Position numbers and translations under genes: made by a program | The notes under the pieces: generated by a model | What the model was told of the DNA's origin: nothing | Database searches by the model: none | Seen by the model: the letters and a program-made list of their open reading frames with translations, nothing else | DNA from: Setoptus koraiensis | Taxonomy: Eukaryota; Animalia; Arthropoda | Length of the DNA: 64,000 nt | Direction of reading: 5' to 3' | NCBI GenBank assembly: GCA_048013815.1 | Contig: CM106585.1 | Coordinates: 21,452,001-21,516,000, forward strand | Shown here: positions 34,250 through 48,028 of the stretch, piece after piece | Layout of the letters: each line of letters begins with the position of its first letter | Position numbering within the stretch: the first letter of the stretch is position 1

Positions 34250-37200
34250 CAACGCGCGTATAATGTGCGTGTAACGAAGAGTAATTGAATTGTCGACAGG
34301 GGGCCGGCGGCGGAGGGCGCCGGCTCGTTGCTTGGCGCTGGCGATTGATGGCGGCGAGCAGCCAAAAAGTAGCTCAAAAATTAGTTGTGAGCTGGGGCCG
34401 ATACGCGGCCACAGTCGGCTGGTACCTGGGCAACTACGAGCCACGACTACAACCACCAGTAGAGGGCCAAAAGCCAAGCCAGCCGCTGGCTGCCAGCGTG
34501 AACCAGTGAGTGGCGGCCACTGTGACAGCGACACAATGGCCGCTGGTCAGCCCGGCTTGACCGGCCGGCCCGTTGCCAGCGCAGCAATTGGCAAACAATT
34601 GGCACGACACTTCCGTCGTTGTGCGCGTGTGTGTGTAAGCTCTTTCGGGGTCCCGCCAGGGGCCCCACGCGACACTTATCCACTGCGAGCCATGTGAGGC
34701 CCGCAGTGGGGCTGCGCTGGCACCAACAGTTCAGTAGTTTGTCGCGCCGGGCAGCCAATGAAACGCGCAAGAATGGACAGTCCGGCGCGACTACTGGATG
34801 ATGCGTGTCCCCCCGCATTATGTCATACGTGTGCGCCGTGCATGATGTAACGCCGCGTTGTTTGCGACTGGATGATGGCAAAATGATGATGTATGTTCAT
34901 GATGATTAGTAGTTGTGCGTATGATATCGTTTGGCTCGTTTCCTGTGCCCCCGCTCGAGATTATGCCCTCTGTATGCTCGCTGTATGCTCGCGATTACGC
35001 TCGCGATTTTGCTCGTGTTTGTGCTCGTGTTGTGCCCGCGTTGTGCCAGCGATTTGTGCCCGCAATGTGCGCGTTCGCCGCGAACGCGCACCATTGATAC
35101 GTGATACATGTTCGGGGGCCCACTCCGCGACTCTCAGACCCGGTAGCGGCAAAAAATGAGCTTGCACCAGCTTGCCTCGCCCACTGTCAGCCGTTTCAGC
35201 GCAGCCAGAAATATGCAAGCGGCACAGATGCGCACCGGAACATGGGCCCGAGCTGGGGCCCACGCTTCATCCTCCGAGCGTGGGCCCAAACTTGCGCGGC
35301 TCGAGCCAGCGACGGCGCGTTCCTCCGGTGTGGCGATTCGGTGCCAGTGCGACGCGCTCGCGTCCGTCGACTCAGCTCGATTTGATATGATTCCGCGCGA
35401 TCCGATTATTAGTGTGAGGCTCGGTTTGTTTGGCGCACGTTGCCAGCGATCGTATCCGATTGGCCGGGCCGGAGCGACACACACGCCAAGTGGACGTGAA
35501 TACATTTCGCTCGTCATTCGCGGCGTCATTCGTGTGACAAGTGGCCGCGAGTCGCAAACAATTTAGCATTTGCCGTCCGCCGCATCGGTGCGGACGTCGG
35601 TGTTTGCCACTAGCGGTGGCAAGTGCACAGCGCGCAGCCGATCGCCGTGTCGGGGCCCCCGGGACGCGCCGGCCGGGCAACCGTGTAACTGGCGGTGCAA
35701 GGCGCGGTGCGACGCGCGGCACAACGGAGCCCGTGTGTGTGTGCATAAATATGATTGATTTGCGCGATTTTGACTTTTGTCCTCGGCCGGCTAACGCTGT
35801 ACGCGTTGCAGCGCGTAGTACGTGGCGCGTTGCTCGTGACGCGGTGCACGTACAACAGCGGCCCGCAGTCACCGCGGTGCACTATATACGCACTGTACGC
35901 CTTTCGTACAGTTATTGCGCCCTGCGGGCCGGCTCCCCCAACTGGCCACCGGCCCACCGAGCCGACAGTGGGCACAAGCGCGCCCACTGTCGGCTCGGTC
36001 GCGGCTTGCGCCGCCTGACAGGCTAGAGGCCCGCGTTGTGGGCGCGCACAGCGCACAATCAACGAGCCGTGATCGCGAGCAATAGATTACGGCGACAAGG
36101 TTAATTGTTGTTTGTTGCAGCGCAAACCCGAAACCAGAACGCGCACACAGACCCAAAACCATATCGCACACACACAAGGCGTATCGCACGTTCAGTTGCA
36201 CGAGTCACAGCGACACTGCACGAGCGAAATTGATACATCACTTGCACTACGTAACTGTGCCAGTTGCGTAAGTGCACAATTACAATTTTACACACTCCAC
36301 TGATTCCTTGTTTGCAATCTCTGGCCGCCAGCATTTATGAAGGCGCGCGCACCCAGAGATTGCATAATGATTGCATAAGATTGCCGTGTGACAGCGTGCA
36401 CAGTATGTGTGACATTCAATTGGGCACAAACAGACACACTGACTGACCAATGTGAGAACCGGCCAAGCAAACAAACCATCGGCCAGCATTAGTATGCATA
36501 CCGACTGGCGCAATTGACGCAACTGACAAATGCTGGCAACGCCAATGGCAAACAGCGGCAACGATGACGCAATACGTTGGTGCTGCTGCTGTCACAGTTA
36601 CAGTTATTTTATACGTAACTGCAACTGGGCTTCTGTGTGTATTGCTGCAATCAGCTGATCGGGCCGACTCGACGGGATTGCGCCAGGGGTGCAGCTTTTG
36701 CGTTTGTGACAAAACGCGACAGCGCAAAACTGTTGGTCGGTATCAAAACTGGCATCAAATCAGTCATGTCAGGCCAGGCTGACACTTGCGATCAGCTTGC
36801 CGTCAGCTGATCGTGTGCCGATGTGACAAGTGGCTGTCACATGAGCACGCATCAGCTGTGCATCGGCAGCCACTGACCGGTTGACGCTGACCGGTTGACA
36901 CTGACAGTACACTTATTATTGCCAAAGACAATTGGTCAGTGATAATTGTTGTTGTTGTTGTTGTTGCTTGTGCCAGTCAGCTAGCCAATCGTTTGTTGCT
37001 CCAATGAATGCGCCAGCAACAGCGTCATTGCGTCATCACTGCAAACAACAGCCAACACAACATTGTTTGTTTATACTGCAGCCAGTACACACTGCATACA
37101 GAGGCCGCTCTATATAGGTGGCGTGAGAGTGCCTAAGAACTATATACGTGTGAATACGTGTGCCCGTCTACAACGTGCGTGTTATGCAACAGTGGCTTGC

Positions 37201-38102
37201 CAGTTCCGAGAACGACTTTGTGCCCGTTATAGGTTCGCAGCAACTGCCACCTAACAGCGACAGCGATGCCCACGGCAACACCAGCCAACCAACCAACTGA
37301 CTAACAACTGACTAAGATAGCTTGCCAGCGAATAGTGAGCGATTCTTCGGAACAGGCCGGCAACCGATTCAACGAATCGCTGCCTGGCCAAGTGTCGTCA
37401 GGCTGCTGCCAGTGGCAATTCTTTAATTGTTTAACGTTTGACTCGAACGGTTTGAGCGATTCGAGCGATTCGCTGGCGACGACATCACGCGACGACAACA
37501 TTAGATGCGTTGTCGCGTTTTGTCGCCATGTTGTCGACATGTCATTGCAACCGCTTGCCGCCTACTCTAACGCCAGTCCCGCGCCAGCGATGATAACCGC
37601 TCGCCGGCATTCAGTCCGACTGGCATTCGGTGCGAGCGGCATTTTTGGCCAACTGGCACGTCCACAACAAGCGGGCCCCCGCGCCACCAAACGAGACACT
37701 GCCAATTGCAGATCGCTTTGTCGGTTTGCCGGCCCGTTGCGCCAGTCGTGCCGGTCGTGCCAGCGGGGCCCACCAGCCATGAGCCGTGAGCCAACAACTG
37801 GCGCTTTTGCACTTGAAACAACTCGCGCCGTCCAGCTAGATGCCGTCAGCTAGATAAATGGCTGGGCGATGTATAGATACAATGAGATGAGGCGCCACCA
37901 AGGCTTCGTGTGCGTGTCACTTTATTGTTTGCCTCAGTTTGCTGGGGCCCCTCGCTTTGGGCCCCACTGAACCTATAAGGCCAGTCGCTGTCTTTATATA
38001 TGTGCCGGTATACTGGCCGGCACCAATACCTGCACCTAAAAACTATGCACCCAAAAACTATGCACCTAAAAACTGTGCACCTAAAGCAAACAACTGTGAG
38101 CG
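34250..38102 (+). repeat. Copy A': near-identical repeat of 30055-33749, continuing to the right end of the 12 kb unit
   Basis: 34250 aligns to 30055 and 37945 to 33749 (offset about 4195); similarity to copy B continues to about 38102/56101. Confidence 0.92.
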
Positions 38103-39096
38103 ACCCCTTAGGTGCTATCAACTTGATAGTATCAAGGCGACACTGGCAAGAGAATGCAAGAGGACAAGCGCCACCATGCTGGCCTATACGACTCGTATAA
38201 TGCGAGTAATCATCGCGATAGAAACGGCTCATTGTCGATGAAACCGTGGCCACTTTGCCGATAGCTGGCCGATTAAATCCCAATTTATCTAATTTATCTC
38301 ATTTCGACTTATCTGATTTGATCCGTTTTTAAGCGAAAGCTCGTCAGTCGCACCAAACAAATCCGCCAGTCATGCTGTGATTTGTTTAGCCGGCCCGTGG
38401 GCCGCTTGGCCAGCTAGATCAATGGGCTAACCAAATAAAATGGCAACCAAATGAATCAAACAATTAAGCCATCTTGTATCATTTTATATTCATATCTTAT
38501 GGTTCATAATTACACGCACACAAACACAATAACAATAGCAATAACAATAACGATGATTCGCGTCGAGTCGACCGATCGTTTGGTGCGATATTGGTTGTCA
38601 AATGGTTGTGCCTGCTGCAATCGGCATTGCAGGTCGAAACGGCGAGATTGAGAGCGACCAACAGACTGTGTCAAGACAAGCGGACAAACAATAAATGTTG
38701 AATGTTTGATATGAAAAAGAAGAATAAGTGGCACAACTTGAATTTGACTTGTCGTCTCGGCTACCAACTGTAACAGTGGAGACAGTGGAGTGAGTTTTAG
38801 TTGTAATAATTAGAGTGCCATTGTTGTGATAATTGATAATACTGATAATGACAATGATGACTCAATGATTGACACACAGTACCCGTGATTTATCAGCGCA
38901 CCATTAAAGTGGATGGGATAACATTTGAGCTAACATTTGTTGCTGGCAGTATCAGCTGTCACAGCGACAAACACAAGCTGATATAATTGAAAAGCTCCTA
39001 GCGATCGAGATAATGATAACTGTTTATTGTTGTTGTTGTTGTTGTTGTTGTTGCTGTTGCTGTTGTTGTGATATATTGTTGATTATTGGTTGGTTG

Positions 39097-42000
39097 TTAT
39101 GGGAACTGTTGAAGTAGTAGTTGTTTGTTTATTGCCACGAGTGGCGCGACCGTTTGCCGTTGCATCACCGTTGCGGCTGTCATTGCGCACGATGATGCGA
39201 AATGGCGATGATGATTGTCTAGGGCCAGAGATAATGATAATTTTGTAATTTGCCTATCCGGATTGCTGCTAAACGCACTAATATCATTATTATTATTACT
39301 AATACTATTATTGTTACTATTGCCGTTGTGCTGCTGATATGTTGAGTTTGGCCCACCAATCGGGCGATTTATCTTGATGGTGTGGCTTGCTTTTGCGACG
39401 GCCGCCAACGGCGATCGTGTATCACCTTGTATGTTTGTCCTTGTCACATTGCCATCATTATTACTATTTTTGTTACTATTACTGTTACTATTACTATTAG
39501 TGTGTGCGGTATTGGTGCTACCAGTACCAATTGAGTGGTTACAGTACAGTGATAATTTGTTAACTGATTCGTCAATCATAGATTCAACATTATGCTCAAC
39601 AGTGGCTCCTGTTACGTCACTGTCGTTCACTGTGTTTGCCGCACAGTTGTCTGGCGAGACGGTCGTCTCATTGTCGTGGTTGATTGTGGTTGTTGCTGTT
39701 GCTCCAGTGGCCGTGAGATCGTCAATGAGACTCAACTTGGTATCTTGGTTGCTTTCTTTCTCACAGCATTTGTCATCAGCAGTTGTCAGTGATTTATATC
39801 GCTGCTGTTGCCGGTTAAATTGCTCTCTATCTCTGTCCGTCAATTGATTACGACAATGGTCATCTGGTGCGCTGTCTGAACAAACAACAAGTGCACTGTT
39901 GGGCTGTTTGTCTCTCGACAAACAACAATTATCACCGGCTACTTCACTCGTCTGGTCGCCACAAGTGAGCTGCGTCAAGGGCAACTTGTTGTTGCCGTTG
40001 TCACATTCGCTACTTGGCGCGTGATGCTGCCGCTGCTGTTGCTGTTGCGTAACATCCTCCAACAGCTCGCCGCTGTCACCGTTGCTGTTGTGGTTGGCGT
40101 TGTCGCTGTTGTCGCCGCTGTCGCTGTTGTCGCCGGTGTCGCTGTTGTCGCCGGTGTCGCTATTGTCGCCGGTGTCGCTGTTGTCGCCGGTGTCGCGGTT
40201 GTTGTTGTGCTCGCGGTGGTCACTATCTTGGCTTGTCTTGCTCTTGGATTTGTCTGTCTTTGTTTCTTGGTTTTGATCATCGCAATCGCGCACATCATTC
40301 AAATTATCCAAATTCATGCCATCGTCATCGACATCGTCCTCAATGTCGTTCCTCATGTCGTCTCTAATGTCATCGTCGTCTTCATCGTCGTCGTCGTCGT
40401 CTTCGTCATCATCGTCGTCGTCATCTTCATCATCGTCATCATCTAAATCATCCTCGTTGTCGTCGTCGTCGTCATCATCGTCGTCTTCGTCATCATCGTC
40501 ATCTTCTTCTTCATCAACTTCATCATCAATGACATCGTTGTCACCATCATCGTCATCTTGCTCGCCGCGATCTATAAAATCACTGAGAGCGCCCCCTTTG
40601 GCCGCCACCTTTCTATGCCTATAGACGACAGCGCCACCATTGGCACTAACGGCCGACGACGATGAATTTGACGACACACACTCTAGCTTGTCTGCTGTCA
40701 AGTCTGTCAAGTGATGATTATTTTCCAGCTGTTCCAGTTTGACGGTGGCCTCACTGGTGGCGCTGCTGTTGTGATAATTATCCTGTTGAATATCGGCATC
40801 ATTAGTGTCATCATTAGTCGTATTGTTGTTGTTGCGTCGTTGTCTCTTTGCGTGTCTATCCGCGCCGTCTGCCGCCTTATCCAGCTGATGATGATCGGCT
40901 CGAGTTCGAGCGGAGCTCACCTGAGATTGATTGGCGCGCAGATGCCGACTCGATGCCGACTGACCGACGCCGGCCAGAGCAGAGCCGCTAGTTTGTTGCT
41001 CTGTCTGTTGTTGATCCAGTTGTTGATATTGTTGTTGCTGTTGTTGGTGTTGTGGTTGTTGGTGTTGTGGTTGCTGGTGCTGGTGCTGTTGCTGTTGATG
41101 ACCGTGAGGGGCGCTGGCATGGTGATGATGATGGTGATGTTGTTGCTGTTGTTGAGCGATGAAATCGACAACTCTGCTGCTGGCCGCAGTTGACGAGATT
41201 GAGGATGAGACAGAGGACGATGTAGACGCTGTCGGCGACGACGACGATGACGACGAATTGTTCGCCTGATGATGATGGGCCAAAACATGATGATGATGAT
41301 TGCTGTTGGCTGTCACTGTTGAGCCCGCTCCACCAATTAGCGCCGTTGTGCCGTTTTGTCCGTTTAAATTTGGGGCGCTGCCGGCGCCCGATTGCGACAA
41401 ACAAGCTTGCGGGCCGGCAGAACTAATTTGGCCATTGTTTGTCTGCATGGAACTCGCAGCGCCACCAGGTAAATGTTTGCGCTGGATTTTTTTCAATTTT
41501 GCCCGTTGATTCTGAAACCAAACCTGTACTATGCGAACACTTAGCCCGGTCTCTTTGGCCAGTGCTTCGCGCACCTTCCGGCACGGTTTTTGGCTCAAAT
41601 CGAACGAGTTCTTGAAGGCTCGCCGCTGGCTCGTGGTCAATATTGTTCGGGGCCTCTTTGGGCCCCGTCGGCCGTCAACTCTGACGGATGTGATTTTTGC
41701 TGCAGCGTTGTTGCCGTTGCCGCTAAGCTGCTGCTGCTGCTGCTGTTGACAGGTGACCGGCGCTGTTGGTTTTTGTTTTGTTCGCGTGTGTAACGAAGAG
41801 CAAGTGTTGTTTGTGTTTGTTTGTGTTGCTGTCATATTGTGCTTTTGTCTATTTGGCACGTTGTTGTTGCCGTTTGAATTGCCCGATTGCATAATCAATG
41901 AGTTGCTGTTTGAGCTGTATTGAGTCTGTTGTTGTTGTTGTTGTTGTTGTTTGTATGACGGGCTACGGTTGTTTGTGACCACCAGGCAATTGTTTAAGTT

Positions 42001-42637
42001 GCTAATTGATTGGTATTGCAGTGCAGAGGGCGACAGTTGCTGCTGCTGCTGCAGCTGCTGATGATCATGATGGTTGGCTGACTGGTCAACAACCAAATTT
42101 GTCAATGATATCAATGGCGATTGTTGATCTTGTCGCTGTTGAATCTTTGCTGTCGCTGTTGGGCTGTGGCCGTAGGTGCTGTTGTTGGCATATTGGTTGC
42201 TGTTGACTAGATTATTATGCTGTTGCATAAAAGGCGGCGTCACTGGCATGCACGATGATAAGGTCAACAACGACGACAATTGCTGTTGCTCAATCAGTTT
42301 GCTGTCACAGTGTTGCATCATTGAGTTGTCAGCATTGTTAGTGGTTGCGGCAGGTGAGATTGCGTTGTTATTGCTGTTGTCTATGTTCTCATTTGAAGCG
42401 CTTTTGTTTGTTGATTGAAACAAGCAATTATTAGACGATTGTTGTTGTTGCAAGTAGTCTTTTTTACAAAGAAATTTCTTGTCCTCGCATAAATATAATT
42501 GTTCGCCGATTTTCAGCGGCTCCTGACACATGGGACATCTGAAACAATGTGCATGGAAAATGTTATCTCTGACTCGTTGCACAAAGTCCGTCGGCTCAAT
42601 CAGTTGGCAACAATTCGAGCATTTTGGCCCAAAGCGA
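39097..42637 (-). CDS. Lmx1: LIM homeobox factor Lmx1, exon 2 (LIM2 + homeodomain + long low-complexity tail) of complement(join(39097..42637,43456..43637)), 1240 aa
   Basis: Acceptor CAACAG|T at 42637 gives [10 protein letters not shown]...[10 protein letters not shown]...CKKDY; homeodomain [57 protein letters not shown] is Lmx1-type. Confidence 0.93.
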
Positions 42638-42745
42638 CTGTTGTTGTTTGCGATATATATATATCGAGAAAATACATTTAAATGACATCAAGATGCCCAG
42701 TTGTCATTAGTCAATGAACAGCTGTCTGCAAATGCTCCCTAAACA

Positions 42746-43249
42746 CAGGCCGAGTCAAACTCAACTCCCTTACTTTGAATAGAGATATTCCAAAATCTGG
42801 TCGCCAGAGAGCCTGAAAATTTTTGTCCGGCATAAGAGTGGACAGAATTATCATCACAGCTCAAACCTCTGTGGTGTGAGGCACGATCGATTCTTGTTTG
42901 CAGTTGACCATTTCCGGTTGATTGCGATATGGATGCGCTAGTTTTATTGCGTTTTATTTATTTCACGATGAAAACTATTCTCTGACAGAAAATGACTCGC
43001 TACTCCTCAGAAGGGCGAGAGAATTTGCAATAAAACTGGCTTCGAAGTAGCAATCAACCGGAAATGGTCAACTGCAAGCAAGAATCGATCGTGCCTCACA
43101 CCACAGAGGGTTGAGCTGTGATGATAATGTTGATGTCAATCAATTACTTTCTGTCCATTCTTATGCCGGACAAAATTTTCAGGCTCTCTGGCGACAAGAT
43201 TCTGAAATATCTCTATTTAAACTAGGGGAGTTGAGTTTGACTCACCCTG
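42746..43249. mobile_element. MITE / foldback element in the Lmx1 intron
   Basis: Arm about 42752-42945 is the reverse complement of about 43025-43243 (GAGTCAAACTCAACTCCC...CCGGTTGATTGC), with scattered mismatches and a ~20-nt indel. The right end CACCCTG is Tc1/mariner-like; no clean TA TSD; no ORF. Confidence 0.8.
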
Positions 43250-43455
43250 AGAAGGGTGTGTTCAAGCAAAGCGTAGGTTTATAAAACACACTGTTGGCAC
43301 ATATTCTTTTTCAAGTTGTGATCAAATGAAATTCAGCATAACAAATCAGTTGAGGTCAAGAAAAGTCCCATTCGCTTGGCACAATTATTAATTTCGCGCT
43401 GCACATAGTCTGGACGCTGTTTAAGGAAGGACTAAGGCGCTAAAATGATACTCAC

Positions 43456-43637
43456 CTATAATAGTGGTTGCGACAGTATATGATGCCCTCGCGCGAGAAG
43501 CATTTTTCTCTAAGTCGCGTCGAACAATCGGCACATTTTACACAGTCTTGGTGCCACGATCTATCTATAACGGAGAATATGAAACGCTCTGTTATTGGGC
43601 GATTGCAACCGGCGCAAATGGTGGCAAACATGGTCAT
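43456..43637 (-). CDS. Lmx1: Lmx1 exon 1 (LIM1 domain)
   Basis: CAGCNRPITERFIFSVIDRSWHQDCVKCADC...YCRNHYY; donor AG|GTGAGT at 43456/43455, phase 2 matches exon 2. Confidence 0.92.
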
Positions 43638-45412
43638 CGTTTCATTGATTAATTAACTATTATTAAATTAATTACTAGCCAGTGTCTATTGTAGACGCTA
43701 GCTGGTGCTGGTGCTGGTGCTGATTGATGATTGTTGGCTTGTCGTGGGCGATTGTTGCAATTGGCGCTGCTTTGATGCACGCAGGCTCAAATTATTGTCA
43801 CTATCACTACTGTTGTTGCTCATGTTGTTGATGTTGTTGCTCGTGTTGATGTTGTTGCTTGTTCAGGAGATGATTCACGACTAAAATTGCTCTGTCAACG
43901 TCATAGAAATCTGTATCTTACGTAATACAAGTGTCGCCAATTGGAGCTGGCTGCTTTTCTAGTGCGCAGGCGCCAACTATCACAATGAGAGCACTCTGTG
44001 GCATTGTCGTTTGTGAGCATCTTCTCATTCTGTGCGATATATAAACATTACGTTACTTTGCCAACTGGCTTGCTAACTGTAAACCGACTGCAAACCAACT
44101 GTGAACTAACTGTAAACTAACTGTGCGCTAACTGTAAATAGTGCGCTAACTGTAAATAGTGCGCTAACTGTAAATAGCCGGGTGAGTGACAAAGTGCCAC
44201 AGTGCGCAGTGTCTGCCTTTTCGTGCAACAACTCGAACGAAAAGAATTTCGCCGAAATTCTTCGTTGGGCCCGAATTCTCGTCGCGCAGCCAGCGCGAAC
44301 AATCGCAACATCGAACGTCGTCGCCGAAAAGAAGCGTCTGCAGGGGCACGTGCTGCGACCGCACTCCCACAAAGCGACACCGCACACCGATGCGAACCGA
44401 GATAAGCGACACAAGCGAGATGCGCGAGATAAGAAGCCAGATAACATGTCGATTTGGCCGGCTTCTCGCGAGACAATTTGCATTAACGGGCGCTCGCCGG
44501 CGCATATATCACATAGACTCATCCGCGCCCCAGCGGCCGATTTATCGCGCAGTTGCGCTAATCTGTTTGCGGCATAAACACGCGCAAATCTTATTAGGGC
44601 CAATCGACACAATGAGGCACGCGCTGATTGGGCCCGAAAGGTGCCATTTGATGAGGGGCCGTTGGATACATTGGGCGCGTTCTCTGGCGCGTTCTCTGGC
44701 GTGTTCTTTGGCGTGTTCGTTGGCGGATTCTTTGGCGAGTCGGGCGCAAGTTGCCGCTGGTTGGCGGCGAATGGCGCCTCGTCCGGGCACCGCTAACGGT
44801 TAGCCGGCACGGGCAGCGAATGGGCACCAGACGACAACTTGCGCCTCCAGAACCCGAGCCAATGAAGTGTCGGCCTGTCGACGAGCGAAACGCACTAAAC
44901 GAGTTACTCGTGATAGTTTTGTGGGGCGCGCGATGTGGCCTACAAAACTGCACGTGGTCACATGTACGAGATGCAGCAGGAGTTCACATCGGGGCCAAAG
45001 GTGGCGCTTGCAGCGGCCTGCGCGCGCGTGGGGCGCATCACGGGCCGGCCGACACATTGTACCACGGCGGGTGTGCTATACGGGCTACATGGGCTATGCG
45101 GGTTACGTGGGCTACGTGCGGGGGCGCCTTTTTGTGAGGCCTATACTGGCGCCGCATGCTCTTGCATCATACTGCGGCCGTTGTACTGTCATCGGCTGTC
45201 TCGGTCGTATACCTGTGACCGTTATAAACAGCTCAGCTATATGTAGCTATACAACGATGTGGCCACAACGGTGCTATATAATTCTCGCGACAAGTCGCCC
45301 CGCACGGCAGCGCATAGCGGCGCACAATGGCGCTGGCCGGCTGTACTATGCCAGACCGTGACATCGAGCACCGCCGTACATGCCAGACAGCGACACGGAG
45401 CAGGCGAGAGAG

Positions 45413-45540
45413 CGAGCGGATGGGAGCGAGCGGATGGGAGCGAGCGGATGGGAGCGAGCGGATGGGAGCGAGCGGATGGGAGCGAGCGGATGGGAGCGAG
45501 CGGATGGGAGCGAGCGGATGGGGGCAGGCGGATGGGAGCG
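45413..45540. repeat. 15-bp tandem repeat (GAGCGAGCGGATGGG)n, about 8 copies; only about 2 units at the homologous site in copy A (23006-23040)
   Basis: Read directly. Confidence 0.85.
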
Positions 45541-48028
45541 GAAGCCATAGTTTGCATGCACGCTCGGGCTCTTGCACGGGTCGCTTAAACATTGCTCAGC
45601 GGTATCCGTCTATGCCGGCACCGTCCGCCAGGGCACTATCTGGCGCGTTTGCATCTGGGTGCACATGTCGCTTTTAGTGTCGAGGGCGGCCAACACAGAC
45701 CAACCAGCCATCATCGAGGCCAAGAGGCGCCCCAAAAAGAGACGCCGGAACTTTATTTGTTTCTGGGGCCCCGAAATTGGCGCTGCCTCGGCCGTGTCAA
45801 CACACATCCGCACGACGATTAAGGGCCGCTGCCAATCTGCCTGACTGTTGCTGTGCCCGATATTCAATAAGCGGCGGCGGCGACCCCACTGACCCTGACA
45901 CGTGGCAACTACGCGCCAATGGACTCTTGTGTGTTGGCCTGGTTTTATCTTTCGTAGCGTCACTCGCCATGTCTCATTATGTCATTGGCGCCAATGGTTC
46001 GATAACGGTTTGGAAAAGGTTTGCTAACGTGAGTGCAGTTTGTCAACACTGTCGCGTGCCCCAATATTCAGGGCACAACCGCCATTTTGGGCCGGGTCTG
46101 ACCGCTTGCGCCCGGCACATCCGTTGCGAAGCCATTTCAAGGGGCGCCCTCGCTCGAGAGAGGCGTCTCTGCCGGCCGTCACTCTCGGCTCGCCAGCCGC
46201 GTCGCGGCTCCCGACGCTCGGCTCCCGTGACACTGCGCTGCCGAGGTGAGCGGCAGCGGCCATCTTGAGAATCAAAGGGATCAAATCCAGTCGAGGTCGC
46301 GTGAGTCCGACTCGCTCGCCGCAGCAAACCGGTGCTGCCCTCCAACGACAAACAACCAGGCTGCGATAATTGGGCGCTTGCTCGAGACCGTCACTGAATT
46401 ACGGCCACAACAGTTGTAATTGGTTGCGGCCAGTTTGTACATCTCGCAGATATACACTCGTCGCTTGGCTCAGCGAGCTTGTCGTCACACTGGTCGGTAA
46501 TGGTTGCGGAGTCGAAGGTTATCTCCTTCGCAGGCGAACAACCGAGTCGGATATTCAAGGGCGTTGCAGCTAACGCACCTTCTGACACCGTTAACTTGGT
46601 AATACGTATCGTCAGACATACAAGTCTTTCTCCACCAGCCACTTGGAGTCAGACTACGGGCAACATGAGGCTTCACAGACCTAGATCCCTCGGTAGCAAG
46701 CGCCCTGCCGTCGAAACGCGTCCGAAATGTTTCATGAGTTGCTCAAACCCGCTTACGAGCCATGCCAGCTGGTCCCATTGTCCGTGGCTGGCGCCACAAC
46801 CGGCGCCACAGTCGATGTGATGTGTAATTGCCACCGGCCGACAGACAGCGAGTGACAGGCGCGCGACAAGTGCGAAAACGCGCCACCGCTGACACGCCGG
46901 CCCCAATTGCGTCGTCTGCAATCCGTCGCGTTCTTTTGCGCGTGCTTTTCTCTGTTTGCTGTATGCAGTTTGGCGAGTTTGCAGTTTGCCGTGGTTGGTG
47001 TGTCAAAAGGAGTCGAGAAACTGCAAGTGGGCACCACAACACAAACGCACAGTTGTGTATCTATCCCGCCAACAACAACTAATCCGCCATTCTTACGTCA
47101 TGGCGCTAGAAGCGATGCAAAATGCGCAAATAGCGCCAATCGTCACCGCCAGAGATCGCCAGCCAACAATTTCGCTCATGGTGCCGCTTTTGTGCCTGCT
47201 CATAACTGGCTGTGCCAGTGCCGCGTCGCATTACGTAAGCTGCGATATAAGCGAGCGCGAGCAAAACAAGTGCGCCCGCCGGGTTAAAAAAGCGCTCAAA
47301 AAAACTCAAAATATAAACACGCCATTGTTTGCCAATGCCAGCCACTATTGTGTCTCACAATGCTCAATTACGTAACTGTGCGCTGCGCGCCATTATGTGC
47401 CGCCATGCTTGCCGTGTGACAAGCTGCACAGGCGGCGCACACTGTTACGTAAGTACCAGCGGTACATAGCGACATATAACGGTACATAGCGGTTGTGCAG
47501 CGGTATATAGGACAATTCACTTGCGTAACTCACCTAACGTAACTCGGTACTATCGACGGTATTAAAAATGTCACTATTATGGGTATATTCGCTCGCTGCC
47601 GGCCGCCAGCGAATGTGCCCATGATAGCGTACTGAGGCCCGTTAGCCGGCGATAATAAATAGCTGCGAGCGGTCGACATGTAGCGACATACGCATTGAAC
47701 GGGGGCCATTTAAAACACGGCCGACATCACGATGCATATTGTATGCACATACCACGCATTGGCTTTTTAATTGTATCAAACCGGGCCGAACAATTGAAAA
47801 TTGATAAATAATAAATAACAAATTGATAAATAAAGTAGTGCAACTACATCATTATATTGCATAACATATTGGGCTATAAATGTGTGATATATGTACATAT
47901 CGTAGGGCGATGGCTTTTTGATGGTGTGCGTGTGTGTGTGTGGCAATTGCTTGTGATTGCAAACAAGCTGCAACGATAAATTGATGATACTTGCGCTGGC
48001 TAGCCGACTACTCGCTTGTTGTTGGTGT

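Noticed and set aside
21470-38100. Dozens of 60-290 aa ORFs in the repeat unit, including those running through Ns
   Set aside because: Frames break between copies A and B, composition is Arg/Ala/Pro-rich GC noise, and the X-containing ORFs are gap artefacts.
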